A DNA stretch of 64,000 nt from Raillietiella orientalis (Eukaryota). The notes beneath the pieces were generated by a model that worked only from the letters and a program-made list of their open reading frames with translations, made no database searches and had not been told where the DNA came from. Numbering within the stretch: the first letter of the stretch is position 1; every line of letters starts with the position of its first letter. Positions 14,050 through 26,696 of the stretch are shown here, in pieces. A program made the position numbers and the translations under genes. The stretch spans positions 1,550,001 through 1,614,000 of the forward strand of contig JAYWIR010000019.1 of assembly GCA_036172245.1 (NCBI GenBank), in the 5' to 3' direction.

Positions 14050-16900
14050 ATGAAAACGGAATGCCCCCTTCCTCCCTTTTCCTCCACTGGAGCAAGTGCT
14101 CCCGGCCAGAATGAGGGGGGTTCGTTCGTGCACACACCGATTTTACTGCAAATCAATGAAGAACACCTCACTCTGATCAAAGTGCCATGTGACTTTTACC
14201 GAGCTCTCAAGGACGCCGCGGAGATGGTTGCATCTCCTCTCAGCCTCCAGCTCGAGATGACCACGGCAGCAGCTCCATGTGGAAGATGCTACTCGATATT
14301 ACTCTTCTGTCATCTGGCCGTGATTCCTTTGCTGTGTCTGCTAAGTTGTTTCCAAGTTGAAATGGAAAAAAACAAAAACAAAAAGTACCTGATGCTGGAA
14401 ATGTCATCCTCCATCTCGCACGAATAACAATTCCGTGTGACCCCGAGAATTTTTCCCTGTGAGCATCCAGCAGTCGAATTTGGTTACAGGGATCGGTAAC
14501 GAAAGGCACAGCATGTTCGATCTTAGGCTCCAGGGCGGTTCGGGGAAGGGAGGGGGGGAGGGAGTGAAGATCCTGCAAACCATTTCGTCACTCCGCAAGA
14601 ACATACTGTTCCTGCGAGGCGAAAACAGAATCATGGCCTCCGAGGTCCTGGACCAGCGGAAGAGAGACCCAAATCCTAGCCGTGAAGAGCAGGAAGGGTT
14701 GAGGTGAACGAGGGGAAGCGAAGCCAGCGGAGCGTCCGCAGGGGGGGAGCGGCTTTGGGATTTTGACGTCATCGGGAGCGCGTCGGTCCCGGACGCTCGA
14801 AGCGACTGGGAAATCTGAGCACGACGCAGGTGGGGAATGGACGGCGGTCTTGGGTTCCACATGCATAGTTTTTTTTTTTTTTTTCGTATGGTAACACCGC
14901 AGCAGCATTCCTAGCAACTGGAACCGGAAGATGGACGTCCTAGGGCATCATCGATGCCTGCGCTAAGGTTTCGAATGTTCCCTTGAGATGCTCCCTTTGA
15001 GACTCTGTGACACAGATTTCCAGCCTCCCATACAGATGCAGAAGCTCCATATTAAGCCTGAGAAGCAACGGCGGAAGAAAGAGGAGGAGGAGAAGGAAGA
15101 AAAATAAATAAACATTCTTCGCCTTGTCCAAAGGAGGCTCAGGTTCCAAGAACCTCGACACGAAGTGGAAACTCGGTCAACGAAACAAACGGCTGAATGC
15201 GAGCATCATGGGGTGAGGCGTGGACCAACCATGGGGAAGAAGGCAATAATAAGGAACAAATAACCCAAGAATGACCCACATGTTTCTTTCTTCCTTTCTT
15301 CTCTTCGCTCTTGGATGGCCAAATCTTAGCCGAGTAGGAGAAACACGTAAGCAAAGAAGACTTCTTACCGAGGACAGCCATTACGGTTGTCAGAAACGCA
15401 GCAACAGGTGGGGAGGTTCGTGTCGGTAAGATACGGCCACTCGGAAAAAAGTGCGGCCATTTTCGTCGGCGAAGAACCCTTGTGTTCAGCGGGCTCTCCC
15501 GCGATCCCGAAAGCATCTCCGCCTCCCGCCGAAGGGCAAACAGGGAGATCAAAAGGCGGATGGCTGCTCAGCACCCAGTGGTCGGCGGCGGTTTTCTTCC
15601 CACGTCGGCTCGAAGGCTTCCTCCCACCTTCGCAGGTCGCGAACGCGTGTCGGCGCGCGTCGCACGACTCCCCGCGTTCCCTTTCACACTGCTTCCATCG
15701 TGCACGAGGTTCCAGGATGCGGGCGATTTGGTCCGGGTTCGACATTCGGTGTCCGGTCTGCCGAGCTGTCTTTGTCCCGATCGCGGAAGAACAAACGCCG
15801 AAGCTCACGCTTCTTGGATTCTGACGTAAACGGAAGCATCTCGCCTCGCCCCTCCATCATCGCTGCAGCATCTTTTCGTTTTCCCTTTTTTGCACGATCC
15901 TCACGCAGCTCGCTCTCGGGATCGAAAATCCTCGGGACGCCTTCCAGGATTGCCAACGAAAAGAAGTGACGCTTGCTGGCGGCTCAGCAGAAACGGCCCC
16001 AACGAGAGAAGAGAGAGCTCTGTGACGTAATTCCGAAAACGGGCACGTTCTTCCCCCGGATCTCGGAACGCCAATCGCGCGAGCGCGAGGGAGGGAGTGA
16101 AGAAGTTCCTTCCCACTTTCACCGGGTGGTCATCCGGGACCTTCTCCCTGGAGGTCTTCTACGGCGTCGGCCGAAGAGACGCTTCGTCGGGGCACCTCGG
16201 GGGGTGAGCCCGAAAGCGAGCCCGGGGACGGTGGACGCGACAACCGGCGCCTTTCTTCGCAAGCACCGCGTGCGCCCGCTCCGGAGGAAAGCGGCGCCGC
16301 CGTCACCTTACAGCAGGTGAAGTTGCTCGGGGAACAGCTTCCTGGGAAGCTGCTGAGGGGCGACGAGGTCGGAACGCTTCAAGTTCAGCGCCAGCAAAGG
16401 TCACCCGAAGAGTTTTCCCCCCGTGCCTGAGTTTCTCCTAACTTGTGGAGAGTTCTTGGGGATGGGAGGGTACCGCTTGAGGGAATACGACCTCCTCGCT
16501 CATGAAGATTGCGTGGCGACGCAGCAGCGGCGCTGTTCAGAGCAGGAGAAGGAGGGAGGGAGGAAAATGGTCCATCCTCGGGAACACACATCAAACGCGC
16601 TTGGTGGCCGAAGCAGGCCGGAAGTCAGCAAGTGATCCCCGGCAACCTGGTCCAGCACCCTCTCCATTTCCGGACCTGCTCCTTGGACTCTTTCCGGAGG
16701 GGGATGGAGGGGGGGGTTGAGAACCACGCTCGGATGAGTCCAGGTACAGCGCGCGCGTCTCCATGACGACGGTTTTTCCGACAGTTCAGGTCCAGCTGCT
16801 GGACGCGGTAACCTTGGAAAGCGTTCCGGCGATGGTCACGGATCGCACTCTCGTTTTCCCCGTTCGCGTGCGGAGAGGCAGGGAGCTGCGCGAGCGCCGC
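14050..16900 (-). mobile_element. Highly decayed non-LTR retrotransposon (LINE, CR1/L2/jockey-like) ORF2 relic: APE endonuclease plus reverse transcriptase
   Basis: Degenerate motifs occur in the expected order across shifting frames: RVQQLDLNCRK (~16790), LDQVAGDHLL (~16640), DHPVKV (SDH motif, ~16120), SSLLTCFSYSAKIW (~15340), LDKAKNVYLFF (~15120), PDDVKI (ADD motif, ~14770), QDLGG (~14645) and RTALEPKIEHAVPF..IRLLDAHREKF (~14500, cf. VRPKLEYASPVW..I..LE.VQRKF). Confidence 0.55.
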
Positions 16901-16984
16901 TCGCGAGAGCGGGAGGGCAGGCGGCAGACTCACCGCGGCGCCGGAGCATCGGACGAAGCGCCGCACGAAAGCAGGGCGCGCAGT

Positions 16985-17190
16985 CCCCCCTTCCTTCCCA
17001 GCCAGGGAACTGCTCTTCCTTTCTTCCCTTCCTCTCCTTCGTCTCTTCCTCCTCCTCTTCTTCCTCTTCTCTTCCTCTCCTTCCTCCCTCTTCTTCCATT
17101 CCTCCCCTTCTTCCCTGTTCTCCCCTTCATCCTCCTCTTCCTCTTCCCTTTCTCCACTTCTTCTCTTCCTCCTCTTTTTTTCCTATTCCT
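16985..17190. repeat. Polypyrimidine (CTT/CCT) low-complexity tract
   Basis: About 200 bp that is mostly C/T on the + strand. Confidence 0.9.
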
Positions 17191-20100
17191 CTGCAGCCTG
17201 GAGTAAGAACCTTCCTGGCAGCAGCCGAACGGTCGATGCGCGCACTCGTCTTCCCGGGACCGCTATCGAGAGCGCCCGTGGCGCCACGAGCGGCTGATTT
17301 CTCAGGAGGGCGGCTTGTGGGGGTTCTCCATCCTGCCCATCTCATAACTCGGGCGGCTGCAGCTGCTCATCTTCGCCAGGGGCCCTCCCTTCCTGGGAGG
17401 ACACGCCGACTAGGGCAACCCGGAAGGAAAGGGCGCACTCGTGCGCGGGGCCGGTCGTCCAAGCGCCGCCACCGCGTTGCGTTCCCGTGGAAACGGATCC
17501 TCCTTCTTTCCCTACCGAAATGGGAAACGGACGGTACTCGAAGGCCGCGGAACCCCACCGACTGTTGCTCTTTGCATGTTGGCGAAGACCGGTCTTCCCA
17601 GAGCTCTAGGGGAGTCCCGGCGTCAGCACCGCGTCGGCGGCCGTGTGGCTGCGGCCTCCGCGCAGGACTCGCGGGTTCGAATCCCGCCTAAGGAAAGGTC
17701 GATACGCCGAGAACGGAAGGGAGGGAGGGGGGACGTGTCGCGGGTTTCGATCCCCCCTCTCCCATTCCCGCAGGACGACGCTGGTTGGCCTCGGTTGGTT
17801 CCCCCCTCAGGTGGTGAAAACGGAGCCGTCCCCAAGAGAACCCTTCATCGAGCACCATGGTCTGGTGGACTGACACCTCTCCAGAGTGCGAAGATACGCG
17901 TGCCGCTCCCTTCGAGAAGCGACTCCTCAGGGAAATCTGGAAGCATCCCTTCAGAGGAGGAAACCCGAAGCGGATCCTTTCCGGGGGGTCCCTCCGGAGA
18001 GAAAGGGGGAATCCCTTCGGGGTTTCCTGCCAACGGATTCGTCCCTACGAAGCCCCTCTCCCGCCGTCCCGCGCCGACGCGCGCGCAAAGGTGGCACCCT
18101 CTGCCAACTGACTGCTACCCCTTCTTTTGGTTCCGCGCGCGCGCGGCGGTTCCGAGGCGCCCCGCGAGAGGCGAACGGGGGGTTCTCACCTCCCTTCCCC
18201 CCTTTCGACCCACGAGGCGCGCGACCGCCCTGGAAGGCTCCGCTACTCGGCGTTTTGCTTTCTCTTTCGTTCCACTGCCCCCTGAGGTCCGCGGGGGTGA
18301 CTCCGAGGTGCCGCACGCTCGTTTCCCTCCGGCGGGCGCGGGCTCCTCCCTCCCTCCCTCTTCTCCATTTTCCAGGATGCTCCGGAGCGGGTCCTGATTG
18401 CTTTGCTTCTCTTGGCAACCCACCTCCGTGTTTCCTCCACGCTCGGCTTCGTCTCTCCCGCAGCCTCCTTTCGCCTCCCCCTCCGGCCCGAAGGCCCGCC
18501 GCGTCCCGAAAGCGGTGCAGCATCGCGGGCGCGCGAGAGAGAACGCGTCTCTCGCGGGAAGCGGGTGAGCCCGAGGGAGAGGCGGGCTCATCCCCTGACC
18601 GGCGACCAGCTCCCGGCGGGAGCTCGCGCGCACCCACGCCGTCGGAAAGCAACGGGTGTGGGATGAGGTTCCCACAGCCCTCTTCTGCAGATGAAAATGG
18701 CGCGCGCCTGAGCAGACCGAAGACTCTTTTGCGAGCTGTGCCAGCTGCGGGTTTCGCTCGCACGGGAAGTGCGCCAAGGGCACCATCTCGAGAGTGCAAG
18801 CCCTCCGAGTCTGCAGCTAAGTCTGCCGGAGACTACTCCTCCCCCCCCCCCCCCGTTCCTCCTCTGGAAACTCTGTCTTTTCCTTGGTGGGAAACTGCCT
18901 CCGTCGTCTGGGCGACGTACTCTCTCTCCGTCCCTGACCTGGGTATCTCCTTCCGTGCTGCATCCGGGCAACGATAGTGGACGACGTGTCGTCCGAGGTC
19001 GCGCGTTTCCAAGGGCCCGGCTGCCTCAGCCGCGGAGAAACGAAGAGGCTCTTCGGCGTCTTCGGGCTTCGCTCTCCCTCCCACCCCCACACCGGCCGCG
19101 CGAAAGCCCCCTGAAACTGCCGGTTTCCCCCCGTCCTCGGCGCGCCTTGAAGATCTCTACGTGGGGAAGGAACCGGCCGTCCGCTTTCCCCGTGACAAGA
19201 GGGGGCAGGGGGCGTGCGCGGGACCAGAAAGGGAATCGTTAGCGGCAGCGGCGGAAAAGGCAGCTCAGCCGCGCCTCGGGGGGAGCGCCAGTAAGGTCTC
19301 TCTCGTACCGCCGCAGCTGGGCCGACGGCGGCGACCCGCGATGAAAAACGGTCGACGCCGAGCGACCCGACGGCAGCGGCGCGGGGGGAGGGCTGGATGC
19401 GTCCTCGCGCCCCCGCCCCTCGCGTCATCTTCTCAGAGACTCCCGGGAGCCCGAGTTAGGCCACTCCTCAAGGGTCCGCTTTCTCTTTCCGGCGGATGCT
19501 GCGCGCGTCGCGCGCCGGACGGTGCGCAGACGGGCTGGGAAGCATTCCAAGCGAGATGTGCGGCGGAGCGGTTTCCCTTTCGGTGACCTGGTCAGCAAGC
19601 TGACCGTCCCTTCCCTACTTTCTCGTGTGCTCGCACCGCGCGGTCCGGCGTAGCAGCTCTTTGACTGCGCGAATGCCCCAGACCGTGGCGCGTGCGCACG
19701 AGGAAGCTCTCGCCTCACTCCGAGATCAGCGCCAGATGGCGGCAGATTTTGGCTTTCTCGAGGTGCGTCATCAATGAACGCGCCCGTCGCGGGTGTTCAC
19801 CGCTCGCTTCTGAATGGCTGCGTGCACCCGTGGGGTACAAATCGAAACCCCACCACCACCGAGCTTCGTTGGAAGGGATCTTTACGGGAACGCTAGGACA
19901 CCCCAGTCTCTAAATCGAAGGATTCTGAGGGGTCAAAACCCTTGTTTACAGATGCCTGTACGCCACCAGGATTTGCCACTGCTTTTGTTTCTTTATGGTT
20001 TTTTTTTTTTTCAGTTTTTGCTGCTATCTCCTACGAGCTTTCTTCCGTAGCAGAGTTGCCAGCTCACTTTAGGGAAAGCGAGTCGTCTGCAGTTGATTTG

Positions 20101-21224
20101 AAAAGGCTCTTTCTGCTTGCCAAACTTTCAGGATCCCTGACCGGACTTTGCTCGTCGGTGGCCGTCTATTTCCCCTGCCTTTCGAGCTGTCTTGGGAGAC
20201 GAACTTTCCATAGCAGACGGAATGGGGGGGGGGGAGGGAGCGGGCGGAATCCTTTTCCCCGAATGAAATTGCACCCCGTCCCCTCGGACCATATCGCTTT
20301 ACTCCGACGCTTCGCTTCGTCACGCTGCGTTTCGGCGCAGAGCCTGCAGGAGTGCCAACGCTGTTTTTGTATTCCGACGTTGAAATTACTTAGACGCGGC
20401 GCGGATCATTTAGCGCGCGTCTCCTCCATCCCTTATTTTCAGCTATTTCATCCCGCAGGAAGCCGCGATCCCCGTCGAACCAGCTGGGTTTTTCGAATGC
20501 TTTTGCGTATCGCGCATCCGCCAGCTTCCATTTCCGAAGGTGTTTCGAATCCGAACGAGGACTCGACAGGACACGACGCAACACGACCTAATCAAATGCC
20601 TCAAGGAGCGCATGACGAGGTATCAGAATAGAAAGCGTTTTTTTTTTTTTTTTTTTTTTCCTTGAGGAATCTTTCTGCTATGACTCAGTCTTCTTGTGTT
20701 GAAAATACTCAGATAACGAAGGTAAAAAGCCCCATCCCGTCAGTGATGTGTGTGACCGCTGAATCTCTGACGCCGTCTGTCTTCCTTAGTGGGGGACGGA
20801 CTCCCTTCAGATCAATCCTTTGATTGGAAAAAAAAAAAAAAGATTCCTCCAGCAAACAACTTCTCCATTACATTAACGCTGGAAGACTCGTAATAAATGG
20901 CCAAACACTCGTACGAGTGCTCAGCTCTTGTAGGCGTCACAAGCATGATGCAACCAAGAAGGAAACATCACACACGCACAAAAACCCCCGTGAAAATGCT
21001 TTAGTTTTGCGAAACCCATCACGTGTTAACCTTGTTTCTTTTCTCTCTCTCTCTCTCTTTTTGGCTTCTAATGAATCACGAAATCCACGAGATAATTAAG
21101 TTTACGGATTTTCAAACCGATGTCGTTTAAGGATTTGTGAGTACGGAACCCGAGATTGCAGCCATTTGACGAAACGGGCTGCCCATCAGATATTCCTCCT
21201 CTTCAAGGATAGACGCATTACGAG

Positions 21225-21226
<2 letters not shown>

Positions 21227-21294
<68 letters not shown>
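21227..21294. repeat. (CA)34 microsatellite
   Basis: Perfect dinucleotide repeat seen directly. Confidence 0.97.
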
Positions 21295-21297
<3 letters not shown>

Positions 21298-21529
21298 GTA
21301 TCTGCAGCAGCACTGTAAACGAACTAGTGAAAAGTCGGTATGTTTTTTTTTTTTCTTTGCCGTCTCTATCGACAGTTTGCATACGTTCGAAGATGTCTGT
21401 CCATTACCAGACAAGATACACGTGATGATATGCAGAATTTCCCAATCCCTCAAAGTCCTCTTTCTTCAAATACCGCTCGGAAAATGCATTTTCCTTGTTT
21501 TTTTCTTTTTCCCATGTTGAAATCGTCTG

Positions 21530-22200
21530 CTAGATAACGTCTCTATCAGTTGACGGTATTTTCTGCACTGTTTCGCGGCGTCCACCTTTCCTGGGCACAC
21601 CTCTACCATTCAAGCTCTTGCTTCCAGCGCTGGTGAGCAGTCTCCAGGCATCTTCCTCCGCGGTGCATCGCAGTTGGAACCGATGATTTCCGAAAGTGCT
21701 TTCACGGCGTTGTTCTTCCCAACAAGAGCAGCAATCACATCTCTGGCTGCCCAACATCCGGCTATTGACGCACATGAGCAGCGCTGTCCAAGAGTTCCAA
21801 AGATTCCACGAAGAGGTGAGCTGATCACACTACCGGATTTAACAAAGCCATCGTCTGGCATGGGAGCGACCGTGTCGGATGCTGTGAACGCTGACGTAGA
21901 ACCAATAAACCCGCTGGCTTTCAGTGTTCCAGCAGTCCTTTGGCACTTGAAATAATAATCATAATAATTCCTTCCCAATGTACCTAAAGTACAACAGCAG
22001 CCATTTCTGTTTTCTGTTTCAAGAATTCTGGACATTTGTCGCCATGGAGGTGGCGTAGACGGAAACCGACCATCGTCAGCAGAAAGATGTCCTTCATTGC
22101 ATATACTCTTGCTTCAACTATAAGTCTCCTTCCCTTTCCGAAGATGCAGCATCAGTCGACTGAAACTCATTCCAAAAGAAGCCCGCGTGCTCCTTCTGCC
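21530..22200 (-). mobile_element. Possible decayed Academ-like DNA transposon fragment (XPG/H3TH-like nuclease region)
   Basis: ORF 21610..22035 reads TLGTLGRNYYDY..CQRTAGTLKASGFIGSTSAFTASDTVA...IFGTLGQ. This resembles GTG.N.RYI....LG..K..ALLGFHAFTGCDTVS...AF..LG of Academ-type transposases as I recall them. By-eye match only. Confidence 0.35.
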
Positions 22201-24469
22201 ATGGCACATCAAAAGGCGTAAACACGTGGATGCTCACTGTTTACAGCATGCGACCGGTGAATCATCACATCCTTTGACCAACCCCCCCAGTGATCTATTG
22301 ACTCAAGTCGATTTCAGCTCCTCAAATGGAGAGTTCTTACCTCTCCTCCAGAACAGCCGCCAGCAAGCAGTCCCTAAGAGATCATCGAAGCTGCCAAGCA
22401 GTCCTTTTCATCTTCAGTCCATCACGAGCATCACCTGCTGCGTGGCGGTGGACGCACACTTCCGTGGGGCCATGCCTACGCCCCTCGGACCTATCCAGTG
22501 ATCCAGCGTACTTTAGGCAGAATCTTTCCCCGGCTTGTTCAGCCGCCGAAGAACCTTTTCCGTGTGTGTGTGTGTGTGTGTGTCTTTGGTGCAGACTCCA
22601 CGCGGGATGCTCTTTCGTTTGCTTTCGGATTCCGCTTCTGCGTGTTCTTGCGGTTCTCGGAGTGGGCGAGCGTTGGTTTCGTTAGCACTGTACGATGTCC
22701 ACGTGCATTTAAACAGCAATCTTTTTTTTCCCTCTTTTTCGACTGATGCCGATGCATCGACTGCTTCATGCGCTGTACCAATGACGCATCGCCCAGACAT
22801 GCTAATAAGGTATGGAAAGGCAATCTTGAAATCACATGGGCAGCTGGCAGCTCATTCCTGCTTTTTCTTTTTCTTTTTTTCTTTTTTATTGAACATCACA
22901 ATATCTTGCGAATGCACCGTTTTACGTTAAAAGCCTCGAAAGGGGGGGGGGGGAAGGAGAGGGGTAGAAACTATTCTAAAAACACAAAGCAATTCTAAAA
23001 GTGACGCAAACAGAACGTAACACCTCTCCTCGCAAAGATTATAAAACATCCAAAAAATTGCAGTGTCCTTGTGGGTTCAAACTTTCTCTGTGCATCACTT
23101 TCTCTCTTCGGGCATCTTGCAACACTATAAAATTCGAAAAGCGACGACCGCCTCACTGGCGGGAAGTGCCCATGCATCATCATCAATGAAAGCACACATT
23201 CCCAAACACTTAATTGAAATTCTGCGCGCCCGTTCGATCCCTTCCTGCGTGCACGCACGCCTCCGGGAAGCGCGCCTACTCCGTTCGGAGGCGTCCCGGC
23301 GACCCCCGGGGAGGCGGCGACGCGCGCGCACGCAAAAAAAAAAAAAAAAAGAAAAAAAGAAAATCTTCGTCGGTGCCTTGCGAGCTCCTCACCACCAGAC
23401 GAAGAAGGGGGGACGGCAGCGGTGGAGCCACGCGCTCCGTTTGAGAGGACTTTCCGTCGTCTACGGGGCGAGATTTATATTCTCCGGAGCTTTCTGTGTC
23501 GCGGGGGTGTGGCGTTTCCGCACGCCGTCCTCGCGGACGCGGGCGGGAAGGAACGCGAGAACGGCCGGCCGCTGCCACGTGGCGGCGGCCGGGGGGGGGG
23601 GGGGGGAAGCAACCCGTTCCGACTTCCACCCAACCTCCGTACCACCCTCGTCGGACGGCCGACCGCGACAGAGGGGAAATCACCGACTACCTCGCCGGCG
23701 GCGGGCGTCGTCCTCCCCCCCCCCTCCTTTTCCCGGGCTCGGCTTTCCTGGAAAGGGCTCGCTCGCTCCCTCTCCGTGCGCACCGGACACACGCCCCCGC
23801 CGTCCTCACCACCACGGGAAACGCTCCGAAGACCAGGGACCGTCCACTTTCGACCGCAGTCCACGCCGCGGCGAGAGCACGGCTGCCAGGCACCGCGAAG
23901 GCCGGCGACGCTCGTCCAAGAGGCGAAATCAAACACCAGAGTCTCAAAACATAGCAGAATACGTAGATTTATTTTTCTTGATAATCATATTCGTATTAGA
24001 GAAAAAATGACGTATCAAGGATATAAGGGAATCTTAAGGAGGGTTCAAAATTAATACACGCAGGGATGGTTCGTTCGGCGGAATGTAATGCCCGCAAATC
24101 CCACAACTGAGAATGTGGCTGGCACCAAACGGAACGCATTCCCTATAACCGGTTTCAAGACAGGCATAGCCATCAAAGACTAGATGGACCTTTCTGCTTG
24201 ATGCATCAGTGCAATTTAAACTGGAGGGGGTCCTTTACACAAGAGATGGAATCTGGAATCGTGCACTGGAATCCAAGCAGCATCGTAAAGAAACTTCATC
24301 CAGAGGCGACACGTACTACGAAAGCGATAGGACACGTGCGCGGCTGGACGTCTTCAATAAGTTACTTTTGTCCATGGCAGGAGCACAGAAAAATTTGTAC
24401 GATGATTTTACAAAAATAAAATCATTTTTAGAGAATTATCACTTGTAGTCAGATCACTGGAAGGCAGTT

Positions 24470-26664
24470 TTACTTCTTTTTTGCATGGAGCATCTCCATA
24501 AGAAGTGTTTGCGTAGGTGCGGACCCACTCAAGTGCTCGTGGTATAAGAATTCTTCTCCTTTACTCGCTATCGTGTGTATCTCCGGGAGGACTGCTAGCA
24601 GTTTGCTGAACTTGTCGGGAACGTGCGTGTAGCAGTTCATGGAATAGTCCAACAGGGCGTGGCGGACTGTTTCGCAGGCCTCTGCCACGTGCTTGCGGTT
24701 CAACAGGCCTCGTACCTCTGCGTGTGCCATGAGCAGGCGGCCGGCCGTGTCGCGCGGCCACTACCCCGACTCACCAGGATTCAGGAGCAGCAGGAACTTC
24801 ATGCAGATGTAGTCGGCCACGTCGAACTTCAGCTCCTGGAGGCGCAGCGTCAGCTCGTTGAACTGGTCGGCCATCATCGTCGTGCCGAGCAGCGCCAGGG
24901 CCAGCAGATCGAACTTCTGACCGTTGGGCAGGCTCGTCTCGTCGGGCAAACTGTTGTGCAATCTCTGGTGGATGTGGTCCAGCACCAACATGTCGGACCA
25001 GGCCTGCTGCAGCAGCTTCATCTGGTCTTCTACCTGAAACGGCACCGTGCGACCCGCAACGCCCAGCAGACCACTCCTATCGACCTTGAGGTCCTTGAAA
25101 TAGATGGAGTTGCGCGCCCAATCGACTTGGGCGAACAGATTCTGATCCAACACCTTACACAAGAGTTCGAACAAGTCCACCTCACACTGATTGTACGTCT
25201 GGCTCTGAAGCAACACAAACAATGAATTTTGCCATTCTTTGTCATCAAGAGATACTGTTAGCTCGCGAATCAGCGGGGATGGCTTGGTGCCCCCGCTGTT
25301 CTCGTAAGACTTCGCCGGGGGACTTCCCCACATCCGCAGCAGTTCCGGCGTCAGAAAAGACGGATTCTGGCCCGTGGTGATGGCCACGGATGCGAGCGGA
25401 GAAGGCGACGAGTCAGGAGAAGAGGTGGAAGAGGAGAGCTGAGGAATCTGGATGTCCTGCGGCTTGGTGTAGATCGGCGTGCTCGACGAAGGCGGAGAGA
25501 CAAATGACAGAGAACTTTCCGACACGGAGCTGATGGCGGCAGTACGAGAGTTGGGGATCACCTGATGTACAGACAGCTGCCTCTGGCGCAGCATCTGGAG
25601 CTTGCGAGCTCGGTCGCGTTTGTACATGGGACCGAACTTGTTCCGCCCGCCTCTCATGCGATCAGCTCTCACGGCTGGAAAAACAAGTACATTTTTTTTT
25701 TTTTCCTTTTTTTTTTTTTTTTTAAAGATCCCGCTCGTGCACGTACACGCTGTACACGCGCAGCTGCGAACCGTACGAACCGTGAAGTGTGACCGGAGGG
25801 AGAACTTTGACTTCTTGGCAATGCCGAGTTCTTTCTTGAGTTCTTTCCGCAGAGGTTCGCTTCGCAGCGGCGCTGCTCAGTCGACCAGTCGACGGAAATG
25901 GGAGTCAGGGTTGCCGCAATCGCAGAGCCGGCAAGATTCCCAGGCGTTCTTCACAAGACACCTCTCGGGTACGTTACGTAACAGGAGCCCCCCCCCCCCC
26001 CACTCTCATGGTACTGTCGAAAGGCCGAGTGCGTCCAAATAGCGCTCTTTAAAGTCTGACGCGTTTTCGGACGCGGTCAGTTTTCGCTTCGGATGGACAG
26101 TCGCGTCCGCCGACCCGTCACAGGGCAATCCTCGGGGGGACCGATGCGCGGATTTCACCAGCCGACAAGTACCCGGGAGGAAGAAGGGGGGGGGGGAGGA
26201 CTGACCGGCGCGTGCACCCACGAGGGGGGAGCCCCGGAACTCTTCCTGCTGCCGAGGAACCCCGTGCGACCCCGAAAAGACGCCATATCCGCACACGCAC
26301 CCCACGAGGACGAGGACAGGCAAACGAAGCGCGGACCCAAACGGTACGGTCGCAACGCCAGGCGACGACGCCGGGTCCGAAAAAGAGACGGCTCGGCAAA
26401 CACCACCGCGAAGAATCTGAGCACCGAAAGAGCGACCTGACGAGGCAGCTTGCGTGGAGACGGGGTGGGTGGGATGGAGTTCACCTGAGACTCGGTGGGA
26501 GGGGAACCGCGAGGAAGAAGCGCGCTCGGGGTAACGAGGGTGCTGGGAAACCTTCCATGAGGGCATCCGTCGGCGCTGCACCGAACGCAGCTGCTCCCAA
26601 GCTACTCGACCCGGCCGAATGGTTGCGATAAACCCATGGTGACTCCTCTCAAGGCAGGAGGAGG

Positions 26665-26696
<32 letters not shown>

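Noticed and set aside
17200..19700. Long overlapping ORFs (up to 363 aa) on both strands
   Set aside because: They are R/G/P/A-rich products expected from very GC-rich, stop-poor DNA. I found no recognisable domain or splice structure. They could be a LINE ORF1 relic but I cannot support that.
23063..24054. 315-aa and 210-aa ORFs downstream of FTZ-F1
   Set aside because: They run through poly-A and poly-G tracts with low-complexity translation, and probably lie in or near the FTZ-F1 3' UTR.
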